DNA from: Ramazzottius varieornatus | Lineage: Eukaryota; Animalia; Tardigrada | Direction of reading: 5' to 3' | Length of the DNA: 64,000 nt | NCBI GenBank assembly: GCA_001949185.1 | Contig: BDGG01000003.1 | Span: 2,711,158 to 2,775,157, forward strand | Shown: piece by piece, positions 37,670-52,800 of the stretch | Layout: each line of letters opens with the position of its first letter | Numbering within the stretch: the stretch's first letter is position 1 | Notes under the pieces: model-generated | Database searches by the model: none | Seen by the model: the letters and a program-made list of their open reading frames with translations, nothing else | Told to the model about the DNA's origin: nothing | Position numbers and translations under genes: made by a program

Positions 37670-40600
37670 ATGTCTGTCTTCGCTAAATTGTTCAAGAAAA
37701 AGAAAGACAATGCTGCTGCAGCCGCTCAACAAGAGAGCAGTCTCGCCTTCGCGGACAGTTTGTCCGCATGGGACGATCCGTAAGTTTTACTGTGGGCAGC
37801 GATACTTGACTAATTGATAATTTCGCGCGTCCATATGGGAGCTCGGCAGAGTAACTCGGGGCAGATGACTTATTCAAGTGGCGCACGCTGACAGGCGATA
37901 ACACCGAGAACACGCGCCACTTGGACAAGCGATCTTGTCCAACTGGGTTGCCAAGCTCTAACGTGACAGAATTTCCTTGTGAATTTTGTTCATAATAAAC
38001 TGTGCCGTTCTTGTTACTCATCAGGTTACCTCCCGGAATCCCCTTCGATAAATCCCAGCTAAGGATAGTCGTCTTCCGCGAGTCGGAATATCGTGGACGT
38101 CAAGTTCTCTTCGATTCCGCCGCGCTCAAGGCATTCGCCCGAGAAAACAGCAATGATCCCGACATTGTACAGTCCATTTCTTCCCGTCGACCATCAGGCG
38201 CCAGCAGGCCGGCCGAAAACACGGGCAATAGTACCAGCTTGGATGAGCAACGAAGAGCTGTGGCTCAGGTAAATCGTTCAAGTGTGCAGAATTCCACTGT
38301 GCATTCATTTATTATGGCCAAATATGGTATACTGTACAGGAATGTTGTGTCTTTATTTAACTCGCAGCAACCTTCCTGCTTACTGCGGATATTCGTCATC
38401 GGTTGATGTAACATTTGAAGTGTTGTTTGCAGGTCATGAGGCAGAGCAGGTCCGATGTAAAGATGTTTGGCGAGATGATCTTCGGCTCGATTCCGATGAC
38501 AGTGCGGTCGGTAATTACCAAGGTCCACGAGCTCCGAAGTCCGCCGCAGTTGATGCTGACCAAACTTTACCCTGTCTTTGTTCCTGTGGCCAAGAACGGC
38601 GATGGGGGATCCCATGAGGTTGCGGCTTCACGCTTGTCCGAATCGCGCAGTTCCGTATCATCCGAAGACTCCGGTTCCATCCACAGTCCACCAGGCAATT
38701 CCCTCCTCTAGCCTTTGTCAAGTTTCTCCACATCCTTGCCATGTCTTGGGAGAACGAAGGCTCCATAATTCAGTCATCTGATTTGTTTGTTGTTTTTAGG
38801 CTTGGCGCATTCGACCATTCCGGAACGACTTCATCGTCGCTCCTCTGTCGGCCCTTCGCCTTCCCTGACACCATCGCACTCTTCCTCCAGCCTCTCCAGC
38901 TTACCTTTCTCCCCTCCCACGCCCTTCACCAATGGAGGTAGCAGCTTCCAGCGTAGGTATCAACGGCATCGAGTGACGAGCATCGATACCGGTGTCAAAG
39001 CCATGCTCAACGCAGACACGGAGAACGAAGCGAAGAATGGTTACCTTCGTGCCAAGAAAACTGTGATCGCCGTTGCATTTCTCATCTATCTCCCGGAATG
39101 TGACTTAATGTACAAAGAATCTTTCCATGAATTTTTCTTTACTCATACACCGCTGTTTGAGTATTCCCTGAATCTGTTCAAAGCGAGGCTGGAAGTGGCC
39201 TTGACGGAAAAGAGTGGCTTTAGAGAATGCACCACTGCAGCTTTCGAAGACTTTACGGAGACGCTAACAGGCTTCATCAGTGCACCGAGACTTCCACAAC
39301 CTCTGTGGCTAGTAATCGCCAACGAGAAAATCCTGGATGAGAGCTACATACCGGTGTTGAGGCTCAGGCTCGTCGATACCTTGGGCGCCCTTGTTGTTCA
39401 ACACGACACCAAAGAAACGCATTTGTGAGAATCTCACTCATTCTTTTCCTAGTTGAAACTTCAGAAGTTACTTGGTCTTGTGCAATCATGTCGTGTCTCG
39501 TCCTAGTTTCCTCTCGCGAGCTCTAACTGCGGTCCTGACAGGACATCTGGGCTGGATATCGACGGTTACGCCGTCCAACTCGCAAACGGCCAAGTACCGT
39601 CTGAAGCACGAACCTGGCTGGGCACAGCCCTTAGCCAAGTCCCACCCGTACAATCCGCTATGGGCACAGCTCGGGTAAGACTTTACTCATGAAACACAAA
39701 CTTTTGTCCAAGTATCAGGGATGGGACTTGTGACATTGAGTCTTGTACAGGGACATGTTTGGGTGTGTCGGCAGTCCATTGCGCCTCACAAAAACCGTTC
39801 TGGTTAGCAAGAACCCAAGTTTGCTCAACACGTATTTGCACGTCCTGGGATACTTCATCCGAACAAGCGATGTCTCGTTCCATCGGTTCGAACCAGTAAC
39901 GGCCCCAGGCAGTCAGGAACTGCCCGACATCGGCCTGCAGACTGCCACACCGCAAAAGACGCGTTTGAGACAGCATCAGTCCGGCGATAACCAACGCTCT
40001 GCTACTTGGATGAACAAGTTGAAGAGGACCAGCGGGACACGTTCGCGCTTAGCTTCCATGGACGACCAGCTCAAGTATGTACGAACAAAAGCTGAGACGC
40101 GCTGAGAGGCAGGAAACAAATTTCAGGAACCTGCATACTTCCGGTTGATGGTACATGTACGGCGTGATGTATGCAGGCTTAGTCATCTCTAGATTTCTTT
40201 TGTTCGGGTTGTTCAACGAGTGAAGAGAACATTTTGTTATCCTGGCAATCGAAATGTCGCTTTTTAGGTTGTGGGCCTCCAAGAATCCATCAGGTGCCTA
40301 CAGCTCGCAAGACAACCGCGACGCTCAGTCTGTCAAGAGTCTTTCACGTAATTCGACGGCCGAGAACTTTCCGGCACTAACTGGTAGCTATTCGATGGGT
40401 GGTTTGAGTGGTCTAGCCAGTCGGTCCTCCATTACCGAGGAGACTTCCGTCTTCTTCGAGTCTTCCACCGACGACGGCAAGCTACAGACCGTCTGTGAAG
40501 CGGCTGCTCAAATGTTCTCCAGTCACACCGAGTTCCGGCGGCGTCGGTACACGATGTTAGACCGACAGGACGCCTTCGAGCGAAGGGAGAAAGACATCAG

Positions 40601-41828
40601 TAACTTGATACAGAGTCTGCCGAAACAAGCACGGCAGAAAACCATCAGCATTAGCAAAGCCACGGAGAAACCAGCGGTCTTCGTGCTACAAGAAGCACCC
40701 ATATCGAAGTTCCAGGCGGCGGTGGTCAAAGAAAAGTTTAGCGATCAAGCATTCGAGAACTCGGCTTCCTTCGCGACGTCGCTGATGGCAGCACCGTCCA
40801 GCAAGTACATTCCGCACTTCGCCTTGCAAGGATGTGCCAGTATCGACATGGAAAATATCGCCCAAGACCTTCGAGTAGCTGCCGAGGTGAGCAACAGCGA
40901 AAACAATCTCTGGTTTAATGTTGACTACTTCAGAGACCAACACGAGTTAAGCTGTTGGTTGACTTTGTATGTAGCTGCATGAAAGTGTGCTATTATCGAA
41001 ATTATAAGACAAAGAATACCAACCTTTCATGGTCCTGTATAGTTCCGGTGCTCGTTGGATATATGATAGGATGTATGCGGGTGTGAAACTTGGTTGTAAT
41101 CGATTTCTGCTTCTCCAGAACGCGATTACGGATGAGCAATACACCGAAGCAGCCGCCATCGTCATCGACTTGGACAGTTTTACGGTCAAGATGGTGACAG
41201 CCACTGCAGCCCGTGGCGCGGACGGGATAATGATGCCTGCTGCTGACGAACGCAGAGCATCTGCCAGGGTCTTCGACTGCCATGCGTCGAATTTTATCAC
41301 CGTAACACTGGAGTCTTTCGAACACCTGTGGAGGTCCCGCACTATGCCAGAATTTGTGAGTACCTGTTGCAATGCTGGTTTAGAATATTGTTGCTCGGAC
41401 GTGGACTAACAGACTTTTGGCTATTTTAGTGCCTAATGTACCTCGAAGAGCGCTTACAGGAGCTATACGGAAGCAGCCGAACGATGACGACCTTCATCAG
41501 GCACCAGTCTACCGTTGACACCAAAGACATGATGGAGTTATTAGGGTACGTGGGATTATCGCAGTTTCATTTATCGACTTGACTGAGTTTGGGTGGTGGA
41601 AAGAGTCAGTTCGGCGCCAAGTTTCACAAACCTGCATACACGCTGCCTTGAAGTACTGTAACAAAATGTATCACGTTTGTGAGATGCGTTTGGTGTTCCC
41701 AACTGGGCTCTTGTCTCGCTTATAGGATGCTTTCTTTTCGTAGGCTCGATATGTCAGATTTCCCGCTGGCTCTTGCTGTAGGATCCACGCTAGCTCCAGA
41801 CCTAATAGCGGATCTCAGCTCCGCATGA
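37670..41828 (+). CDS. FNIP: Folliculin-interacting protein (FNIP1/2-like), multi-exon
   Basis: MSVFAKLF, QLRIVVFRESE.RGRQVLFDS, FGEMIFGSIPM, ALTAVLTGHLGWISTV, KSHPYNPLWAQLGD.FG, SL...Y.PHFALQG and CLMYLEERLQELY. Confidence 0.92.
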
Positions 41829-42487
41829 GTGGATGTTGAAGATTTTACCGTTTCACAGTAACCCAAAGTCTGTTCGACATTCGACGAACCGGTGTGATAT
41901 CGTCTTTTCGTGGCCGAATCCTCCCAGCTCAAGAGCGTTGGAATGTGTACCTTCAGTTGTCTACGCACAAAACAGAATTCTATTCTGTTAAATATGATAT
42001 CGTTGTTGGAAGTTCTTCAGTTTGTAATTATTCTTACTGTTTGTTTGAATCAAAATGTTAAACTGTACATGGTTTTATTCACTAAGTTTGTTTGGTTGTG
42101 AAGGTTTGAATTTTATTTTATGTCGTATTGTCTTGCTCACAACAGAAGCCAAATATGTAGCAAAGAAGGAATGCTCAACGTTTAGACATGTAAAAAGTTC
42201 TCTTGTGTGTAAAGATTTCAAACATAACAGACGGTGTCGAAAAACTGCCCCGATGAACGTGCGCATTTGTTGCAGTTTACAAAAAATGAGAAATCTTTTT
42301 TCAGAAATACAGAATATAATGCAGCCTGGATCTCGGCTCTTCTGTGACCCACAAAAGAAGTTCAAGCTATTTATTACATCGAAAATTTTGTTTTTTCCTC
42401 GTTCTTTTGAAGTTTCTCTCATAGAAGATTCAGAAGTCTATGGCAGAATTAACATCAGATGACCTACTCCCGAAATCTTGAGTTCTG

Positions 42488-43478
42488 TTAGACTTCATCT
42501 GCAACGGGAAAGTTCTCGCCCTTCCTTAAAGCCAGCCTGAGCTTCTTGCTGTCCGGAACGATCACAGGACTTCCGTTTTCCGAGTAGACCAGTTCACCAA
42601 TGCGGCCCGGTCTTGGCTGGGTATTCTTTATGCCGGTAGTCATGAACTTGGGTGCAGGACGATTGACGGCGAAATGAGGAGTGGTGATCGACGGACGTCG
42701 GTACTGCATCTTCAGGCCGCTTTTCCTCTTCCGGTGCCTGCGTCATACATCAAACATCTAACTATGACCGTTACCTGTTTGAACAGTGTTCGTGCGATTT
42801 CTGGTAGTAGTGTACCTCAGAGGGATCTTGATGGCTACGGGTAGTTCACTGCTGGGAACGACATGGTCCGCTACATGACCTTCTGGCATTACCTGCGGTT
42901 CCTTTGCCTCTACAAAAACAGCCAAACTATTCGCATAGCTTCCCCGCGGATATCGAGATCCATCTGTTCGAGATCGTTGCTTGAGTAGGGAAAGTAAGAA
43001 ATATTATACTGTACCTTGAGTTTTGAGAAAATCTTCCATTTCGGAGCACGTCATATCCAGCTGCTCCATCGTAAACTGATTACACTGACGGTGGAAAAAT
43101 TCTTCTTCTTGGCTATCAAGCTGCTTTAGTTCTTCTTGCTTCAAAGCAGCGGTCCGCAGCACTTCAGAAACGGAGAAAGATACAGAACCACGAATGTTTG
43201 GCAGAAGCTGCAGCAGAACTTACTTTCACTATCCAACGTTCGCGAGAACGACTCGTATTCTCTAAGGAGATTGCGCTTATTTCCGACGTCCGGAGCACCG
43301 ACTGGCGTCTGTTCCTTGAGCCTGGAATAAAGGAGCGCCTAGTTGACACGGTGATTCTGAACAGATTCTTCAGGTCTATATTGAACGGAACCGGAATAGA
43401 CTGTGGCTGTCCTTACCGCTTAGCGCTGGACTTTACTCTGGTGCCTTTGGTCGTCTTTCTGGTCGTACGTCCAACCAT
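42488..43478 (-). CDS. Borealin (CDCA8)-like chromosomal passenger protein
   Basis: Basic N-terminus, a helical Nbl1/Borealin-N-like exon pair, and C-terminal TTPHF...RPGRIGELVYSENGSPV matching the Borealin TPxF...GE...SxNGSP motif. The 3' end is tentative. Confidence 0.6.
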
Positions 43479-44108
43479 CCTGGACGGTTATGAGCTACAA
43501 AAGTATCACGGTGAGGAACTCTGAGCACGGTGCTGTTCCACAGGCCAGCGAAGAGGATCACGGTGACTCCAGACACCAAAGACTCCAGATTATGTACAAA
43601 ACGAAACCAATCAGCCTGGAATCAGTTAACGTCCACGTGAGGGATCTGGGGGCTTATCCAGTAATCTCAACCAACGACGCACTGTCTCGATGTCAGATGG
43701 CTGAGCTTGCTCAACGGGAAGAGGTGCAGTTCATCAACAGATCTTTCTGATCAAACAAGATGAACAAAAAGTCTGGAAGAGAAAGCGTCAAAGCGGACCG
43801 CATCAAGCCAGTTGGGTCGGTTATCCGGGTTAGGTAACATGTTTGTTAACCAGATTCGATCAGAGCAAAGCCAGCCTAATCCGACCAGCCCGGAAACCGG
43901 ATCTACGGTTCACCATAACAGAGGCGCATATGGACTCGGTCAGCCCAAGCCAGAGCCGCTGGTGCGACTTGTGTCAAGCCGACCAGTTAATTCCCTTGTC
44001 AGTCCGGTCAACCGAATAAGTTCGACAGCTCACATCCTCTGCTTGATTGGCTTGTCAGACTGATTGAGGGCGACGAAAGCACAACAACCTGCTCCTAAGT
44101 CCTAATAG

Positions 44109-44232
44109 CAATGTTCGGCAGGTGAACATTCCGTGCTACTCAGCATGGCTCGCCATAGCATGGTAAAGACCCGAAATGGTTCGATTGATGAGATTCAATC
44201 GGGGTACCAGAATGTTTACCTGCCGAACACTG
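44109..44232. mobile_element. hAT-like MITE (124 bp) in the Borealin/NDUFB4 divergent promoter region
   Basis: TIR CA(A/G)TGTTCGGCAGGT(G/A)AACATTC and 8-bp TSD CCTAA(T/C)AG. Confidence 0.8.
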
Positions 44233-44350
44233 CCTAACAGACTTAACTTACTGTGGATCTGATCTAAGTAATTTTTCCCCGTTTCTTCTCCTAGGTTGGG
44301 CGACAGCTTTGTCTCTCAAAGAGCAGCAGGAGTAAGTGGTTTCAAGAAGA

Positions 44351-45363
44351 ATGTCGGGAGGCTCCGGCCCGCCAGCTGTGCGGAACTGGTCGCTGCCAGA
44401 GCAGTACAACTTATCGGATCATGAATTGCGCAAAGTCGAGCAGCGAGCTGAACGACGATGGGCTTTGAAGCAGGAGTATCAGCGCATCCTGTTCAATCCT
44501 TACAACAGCATCAAAGCCGAAGGCGGTACGCCGGTAAGATCTGGCTAACGGTCTGCTCGGCACAGGCAGTGGTAGGTTAACGGGAGCTTGTTTTCGTTGC
44601 AGTTTGATCCTGCGATTCAACGATTCACCTCGACGAGAGCTGATTACTACCACTACTTCAAGCCAAACAGGAAGAACTTCACCGTTTTCGCCTGCGTGTA
44701 TCTGATACCCGTCGCAACATGGTGCTGGTACATCCACAGAAAAGCCGTAAGCTCGTAGTACGATAACATTTTAGGGACATAAGAAAGAAGTCTGCTGGAA
44801 TGAGACGACTTTTGTGTTGCTTGCTACTTCAGCGTTCTCGTGGAGGGAAGTGCTGGTGTGACAAATGCTTTGCGGTTGTGACTTGGGATTGTAGTGAACC
44901 TGCTCGCCGTCGTTCGATCTCGTGGGATGGCAGGGTTGCTGATTGTTCTGGAAGAGTCAGGGTAAAGCGTCAGATTCGCCCGTGGCCGCCTTACGATCTT
45001 CCAGAGCCTGAAGCTCGACGTTTAATTTGCCAGAAAGAGGCCTTATTGTGCATGTCGTGATCGTAGCATTGAACGTTAGTTTACACAAGCTTGATCCAGC
45101 GTAATGTGAGACGTGGGCAAATGGTTTGAGCCAGATTGGTTTTCCCAGTGGCGCACATTTCCAGCCATTAACAATGAAAACGTGCGCCACCGGAGAAGAC
45201 AGTCTGGTCCAGTTCCTTTGCCCACGTTCCAGTTCATTCTACAATTAAGACACCAAGAGGGATTTCCGAAAAGTTACCTATGCGGTTGTTTTTGCAGTTC
45301 GCGTTTGATCAGAAGGTCCGACGTGGAGAGATTCCTTGGAGGTACAGGATGAAGACAATCTGA
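44351..45363 (+). CDS. NDUFB4: NADH dehydrogenase 1 beta subcomplex subunit 4 (B15), 3 exons
   Basis: PEQYNLS...RAERRWALKQEYQR...NPY, FDPAIQRF, YFKPN and a TM segment. The last exon (45298-45363) reads FAFDQKVRRGEIPWRYRMKTI. Confidence 0.85.
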
Positions 45364-45735
45364 TCAGCCAGCAGGTTAGCTGTCTACGGTGGATACCCTC
45401 AGAAGTTTGGTTGGCAGTTTGAAGCATTTGGCTAAAGGAGGCAGTTGAGACTGTTTCCGTGTGAAACCCTGAAGGATGTGTTCGTGGCAACTCTTCTTTA
45501 CTTGAAGACGAAGCCCATGCTGGCTGATCGCGAGGTCACGCCTATTGTTTTACCGTAAAAAGGTTGCAAAACATAATAAAATACTGTGTGCATTATCACT
45601 TCTAACCATAAATTCAAGAGGTTGACTTTAAACGTTTCTTGGCATGCGTTGTCCCTCGGTTTTTTTCTTGCTCGGGAAAGAAGTCTCCTTGAGGAGAATC
45701 TCGCACAAGGCTTCATAATCCCGATTCGTGTGTAT

Positions 45736-46244
45736 TCAAGAGCTGCACCGCGATGTAGCAGGAAAAATTTCAGCATAGAGTCGATCATCCTGTGAGAAAG
45801 GAGTCTATTAGGCAGCCATAAAGCAAAAGCGTACCGATCGTTTTATCGTTATGCAAGAGGTGGTTGACTCTGCAACTTACCAAGGTCAACTCGCCAATGC
45901 AGTATTTTTCCAGGGTCTTTATCGCCTCTCTGGAATGTCCTTTGTCAAAAAAGGCAGATGTGGCGTCATAACCAGCAAATTCCAGAATAATTTCGGCGCC
46001 TCCAGGATGCTGGAAGATTCCAAATGCCCGATCATACAAGTAGCGTATGGAAAGAATACAGTAATTGGGATGTGTGGTGTATATGACTTATTACCTCAGC
46101 AAGATAATCCGTAATATCATAGATCTTGTTCCTGATAGTTATCCAGCATGAAGAGTAGTGGCTATGCATGGAGACTTCCTTTAGCGAATACTGCGTTGTG
46201 CTGGCGGAACGGATGGTACCATCATTGGGCGATATGTTTTCCAT
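45736..46244 (-). CDS. Soluble cytochrome b5 heme-binding domain protein, 3 coding exons
   Basis: YSLKEVSMH...CWITIRNKIYDITDYL, HPGG, AGYDAT..F...GHS and IGEL. No C-terminal TM anchor. Confidence 0.88.
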
Positions 46245-47186
46245 TTTGGGTCGCCAGACCCACATGTGCGAATTGTCAGGTCTTCTCTCGTTTGCCAAGG
46301 AGAAAACGTGGGTCTGTCGATATGGACCGGACGATCTGCAGGTAAAAGGGCAAAAGCGTCCTACGAACGCCGAGCAAGAAAGGGAAAACACAGCGTCGGA
46401 TTGGGAATGATATACTGTAAAACGTAGGGTGTCACATGGAACGTCAGCGATGTCCGGCCGTAGCTTATCATCGAGTGATCCTTCTCGAATTACAGCAATG
46501 GCCGATTGTTTACGACTTAAGTGAAACACGATTGAGGGAAAAGACTGAAGGCTAATAATAATAAGGTGTTAATAAAATTTTGTTGCTTTTGCTGTCTTTC
46601 CAGCTGCAGTTCCGGGAAGGTGAAAAGAAGGTGTGTCCACTCGTCTGTGCAGTCCACGTAGTGTGTCAGTATGCGCTCAGTTACACTTACTTGTGTGGGC
46701 TGTTACCAGTTTGGAGATCGTGGTAGTCGTGGTCGAGTTCGAAACATCGGTTTAGGGCACGAGAATTACCACGAAGAACTGCCGAACAAGACCGCAAGCT
46801 TCCATTCGAGGTTACGGACGATCAGACGTTATCTGCGGACCTCCGGCTTACGCTCTTCCTGGAAGAACGTCCTGTGTGTAATAGAATGAACCAGCAGCCG
46901 GAAGCGCGTTCTTACGGTACATGTACAGAGGAACGGAAAACAACCCCAAAGTCTGTCCGTGCGATACTATCGAGTTGAGGTGATTTCAATCTGGGCTGTC
47001 CTTGGAATTCGTGTCAAAGTTTTTACGGTAGGTGTAGCTTACTTATAGTATATAGATAAGGTCTGATCACGTAAGGTTAAGCACTTCGTTGACTCGCAAA
47101 AGTCGATATGGTTTGCCAGATTTTCGAAGCGGGAATCACAAACTAAGTTAGGTCCTTTGGATTCAGTTGTGAATGCTCGGCGAGAT

Positions 47187-48982
<1,796 letters not shown>

Positions 48983-49898
48983 GTTGATGCCTGAGGGATC
49001 AGTCCAAACCGCAAAGAAATTGACTGGATGAAACAAAAATTATTAGCAGGGAAAACCCCAAATACAACAGGAATAGATCAACGGCAGAAACCGCCTCAAC
49101 TGTTGTTACGTAGTTGCAGAACATTCCCTTGACAACCTCTCATGATAAGTCTCATCAGGTGATGAATAATTTTCATCCCTTTTCTGCGAAATTCTAATCA
49201 AAACTGGCCCCAGATAAAGCAGCGAAGCGAACTGCGGAAGGGAACGTCAAGTTGCCCGACGTCGGGGAGGCGGCAAGAGAATAGAATATGATCGCTAGTA
49301 CTGGTGGCGCACGGGAAAACGGTCATGCCCGAGTTATTAGCCGGCCTCGCAAATTTACAAAACCCGTGGTTGGGTCGCAGTGCCTTGCAGAGAGTTCATT
49401 CCCCGTATTCTATTGGCAGATCATCCTCGACCTTCGTCATTCATCCTCGACTTTCACAGCTGATGAAAATCGAACGCTTCACGAGACTTTAGTTGGTCGT
49501 ATTTAATCGTACGACGAATATACATACGAAAGGGTCAGGATGAATGAGAAGAAACGTGCTGTATTAGCTTGGGCATCGTCGCAGTACAGAGTACCTGCAG
49601 TTAGTCCCGACAGAGTAAAACGGTAGTCGGGGAAAGGTTTAATTTTGTCTCAAGAGATCGTCGAAGGACTCCTGTAGCAATGTGGCCTTCTGCATTCACA
49701 ACCTGATTGGCAAATTGCTCATTGCACGCGAACACAGTACGTAAGCTTTGTTTGCTTCTTCCCACGCCTGCACTGCGGCTTTCTTGTTTAAGCTGAAACG
49801 CACCGTCTAGTTTATGTCTTCTTTCTAGTTTCTTAGAATCTTAAGAAATGTAAAAATATAGTTCCATGTCGATCGGAGGGTAAAGTCAGTTCGCCGCA

Positions 49899-52800
49899 AT
49901 GGATCGAAGGGCTATTTTGCACTTCGAGTTCTTCCTTCTTTTCCTCCACTCCATAACGACTTTCGACATCCCGGTTCGACGATCCGTGCAAGATGTGGCT
50001 AACGGAATCGTCCCTCCCGTACTGACCGTCTGCTTCGTCATCGAAGATGATTCCTACTTCGGGAACTACGGCCGTCTAGCCGCTGCTGTGGACCTGGGCA
50101 TCGAGCACGCGAACGCCTTTGTCATGCCCAATACAACCAAGCTACAGGTCGCCTACCAAAGCTCAGGCACTTCCTGCACCAGAACACTGTATTCGGCTGT
50201 TCTGGCCATGCTGGACATGATGGATAAGGGAACGACTTGTGACATGTACCTTGGGACAAGTAAGCCACGAAGACCTATCACGGCATAGTTAATCATTTCG
50301 GAATTATTATTATGATTGTCTGTTTATTTGCAGCCTGCGCATTTACAACTGCCGCTCTGTATGGCTTTGCCGTGAAGTACAGTGCTCCAATAGTAAGAAT
50401 CCGAAATCGTTTACTTTCAGATTATATTTTTGGGATTCGGTATGGATTTTCAGTTCCTACTTGATATCCCCAATCTCATGATTTATTTAGCGCGTCGGCC
50501 AGTGCGTATACCGAGATCGTTTACAAGTGGTGCAGGCTATCAGGCGAAGCAATTGCAATGTGCGCAACTTGAGACAACGATCTGGGCGACACTATTTGCC
50601 GACGCTCCATTTATCTGAGCTCTACTCGAGTACCGCAAAATTCGTCATAACGTGTCTCGTCGATGCTTCTTATATTCCTAGTTCGGTAATCCGTCGTCGG
50701 GTATCAGCGCTATCCAGCCGGATTCCCTGTTGTCGGACTTCCGCCTTTTAACCCAGCCGGCTTTCGGGTACTCTGACTGCGCAGACTTCCTCATCCAGCT
50801 CGCCGAGCGTCTCAACTACTCCAGCCTGGTCATATTTCGTGATGACTCTTACTCGTTTTTCACTACGTTCGCGGACCAGATACTGCGGTTCTTCCGGGAG
50901 AAACGACCTAGTATCTACCAGACCACTTACACCAGCGCATTTCGATCGAAACGCTACTCGGTGTCCATGATCAAACCTTTGCTATCGGCGGCCAATGCTC
51001 GCAGTCGGGGTAAACGTGCACTAGTTCTCTACACTCCTTGCAACACTTCTGGTGAAGTTACAACGTGTTTTCTTTTTTGTAGTATTTCTCCTTTTTGCGC
51101 ATGCCACAGGCGTCCGGAACATCATGGTGCGGTACATCATAGCCGTCACGGAAAACCGCGCCTCCGCGCAAATAACCTCTGGTCCACAATTACACAATTA
51201 GAAAAATCACCTGTATCTCGAAATAATTTCCGAATTACCGTAATTAACACTACGGGCGATCATTTTCTGTACGAGTAAGTGTTTTAATATTGCAGATTGC
51301 TGCTCATCAACTTGGCTATATTAGTGGAGACCACGTAAGTACAGTAGTACACCCTGCCCAAGCCAACTTGCTACCACCTGGCATTTCGACGCTGAAAAAT
51401 ACAGAGCACGACCTTACCATTCGTGCGTCCACACGTTAAGTGCAGATTCCAAAGCTTCTTTGACTGAGCTATAAAGCAGATAATACGTTCTTTTTTGGAG
51501 GTGGCAAGTAGAGTGTTAAACCAGGAAAATTAGTTTCAAAGTGGAAATTTAATCGAGTCGAGACAGCCTCGGTTCAATGGGGGGTAGCAAGTTGGCTTGG
51601 GCGGACTGTACATAACTGGCTAATTATCAGGTTTCGCGCTCAAGGACTACCGCCTATTTTGGTTTCCCGATCCGGATATGATAGATTGCTGTATTTTTGC
51701 AGGTTTTCTTCGTTCTGCAACTGTACGAACTGGAGTACTGGGGACAGGTGGACGCAACGGTTGGAGATGGTTTCGACGATGCGATGAAGGAGGCCTACTC
51801 GAGCGTTCTTCTTTTGTCCTTCCACGAAATTGCCGAGCAGTATGATCATCAGTTCGAGGCAACCATCAAAACGAACGCTAGGAACCGATATGGATACTCA
51901 TTCAACCCCCTAGAAACGGTAACGGTGCACCTGGCTTCCGGGTATCTAGTTTGAGGGTGTCAGTAAATCTCTTTCTTGTTACAGCTGGATCCAGTGCTGT
52001 TGGGGCATTACGATTCCGTCATGCTGTACGCCACAGCAGTTGCCACGATGATGGCGGAGAACAACGCCAATTTCACCAACGGCTACGAGATCGCTTCCCG
52101 ACTGAACAACAGAACCTTCCAAGGCGTTCGAGGCAGCACCATCATCATAGGCGAAGATGGCCAACGGGACAAGAACTACAAGATCCAGTTTTATGACTCG
52201 AAAACAGAGGAGTTCGTGGTAGGCAAATTGTTATTGTCGGAAACACACAACATCCTGACGAGAGGATTCCACACGAAGTGCCGCATTTTACCGTACAAAT
52301 TATACGAGCCAATCAGCCGCTCGTAGAAAACTGTTAGTGTCGATATTTACAGGGTGTATTTTGTAGCCATATCTTCTGTACCTTCAAAACACGATTTCCA
52401 ACGAGTTGTTTCGCATAATAAGGCCGTTGAAATGGCCCAGTGGACAATTGCCACCTAATGAGCCACTTTGCGGCTTCCGGAATGATAACTGCCGGCAGGA
52501 AGGTCTCTCCTCTTCCACGCTCGCGATCGCTGTCGTCATTCCCCTGCTGGTCCTTTCCGGCCTATCTATCGGCGCCGGGCTAGTCTTTTACAAAATGTGG
52601 TATGACCAATCTGTAACCGGGAATTCGGATTTTAAGTGATCCTTGATCGCAAATAGGCTAAACCTTGATTATTCCAGGAAAATTCGAATGAATTTCAATC
52701 CTAATTGGTGGAAAGTACTTTCCGATGAGCTTTCGGTCAAGGACAATCGTCCGAATGGCGTCGAAGGCTCAAAGAGGACGCTTGTAAGGGTCGAGCGTGC

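Noticed and set aside
43336-43345. Apparent in-frame TAG in the Borealin-like gene
   Set aside because: The stop is intronic if the TTATTCCAG acceptor at 43322-43323 is used, and that keeps the frame.
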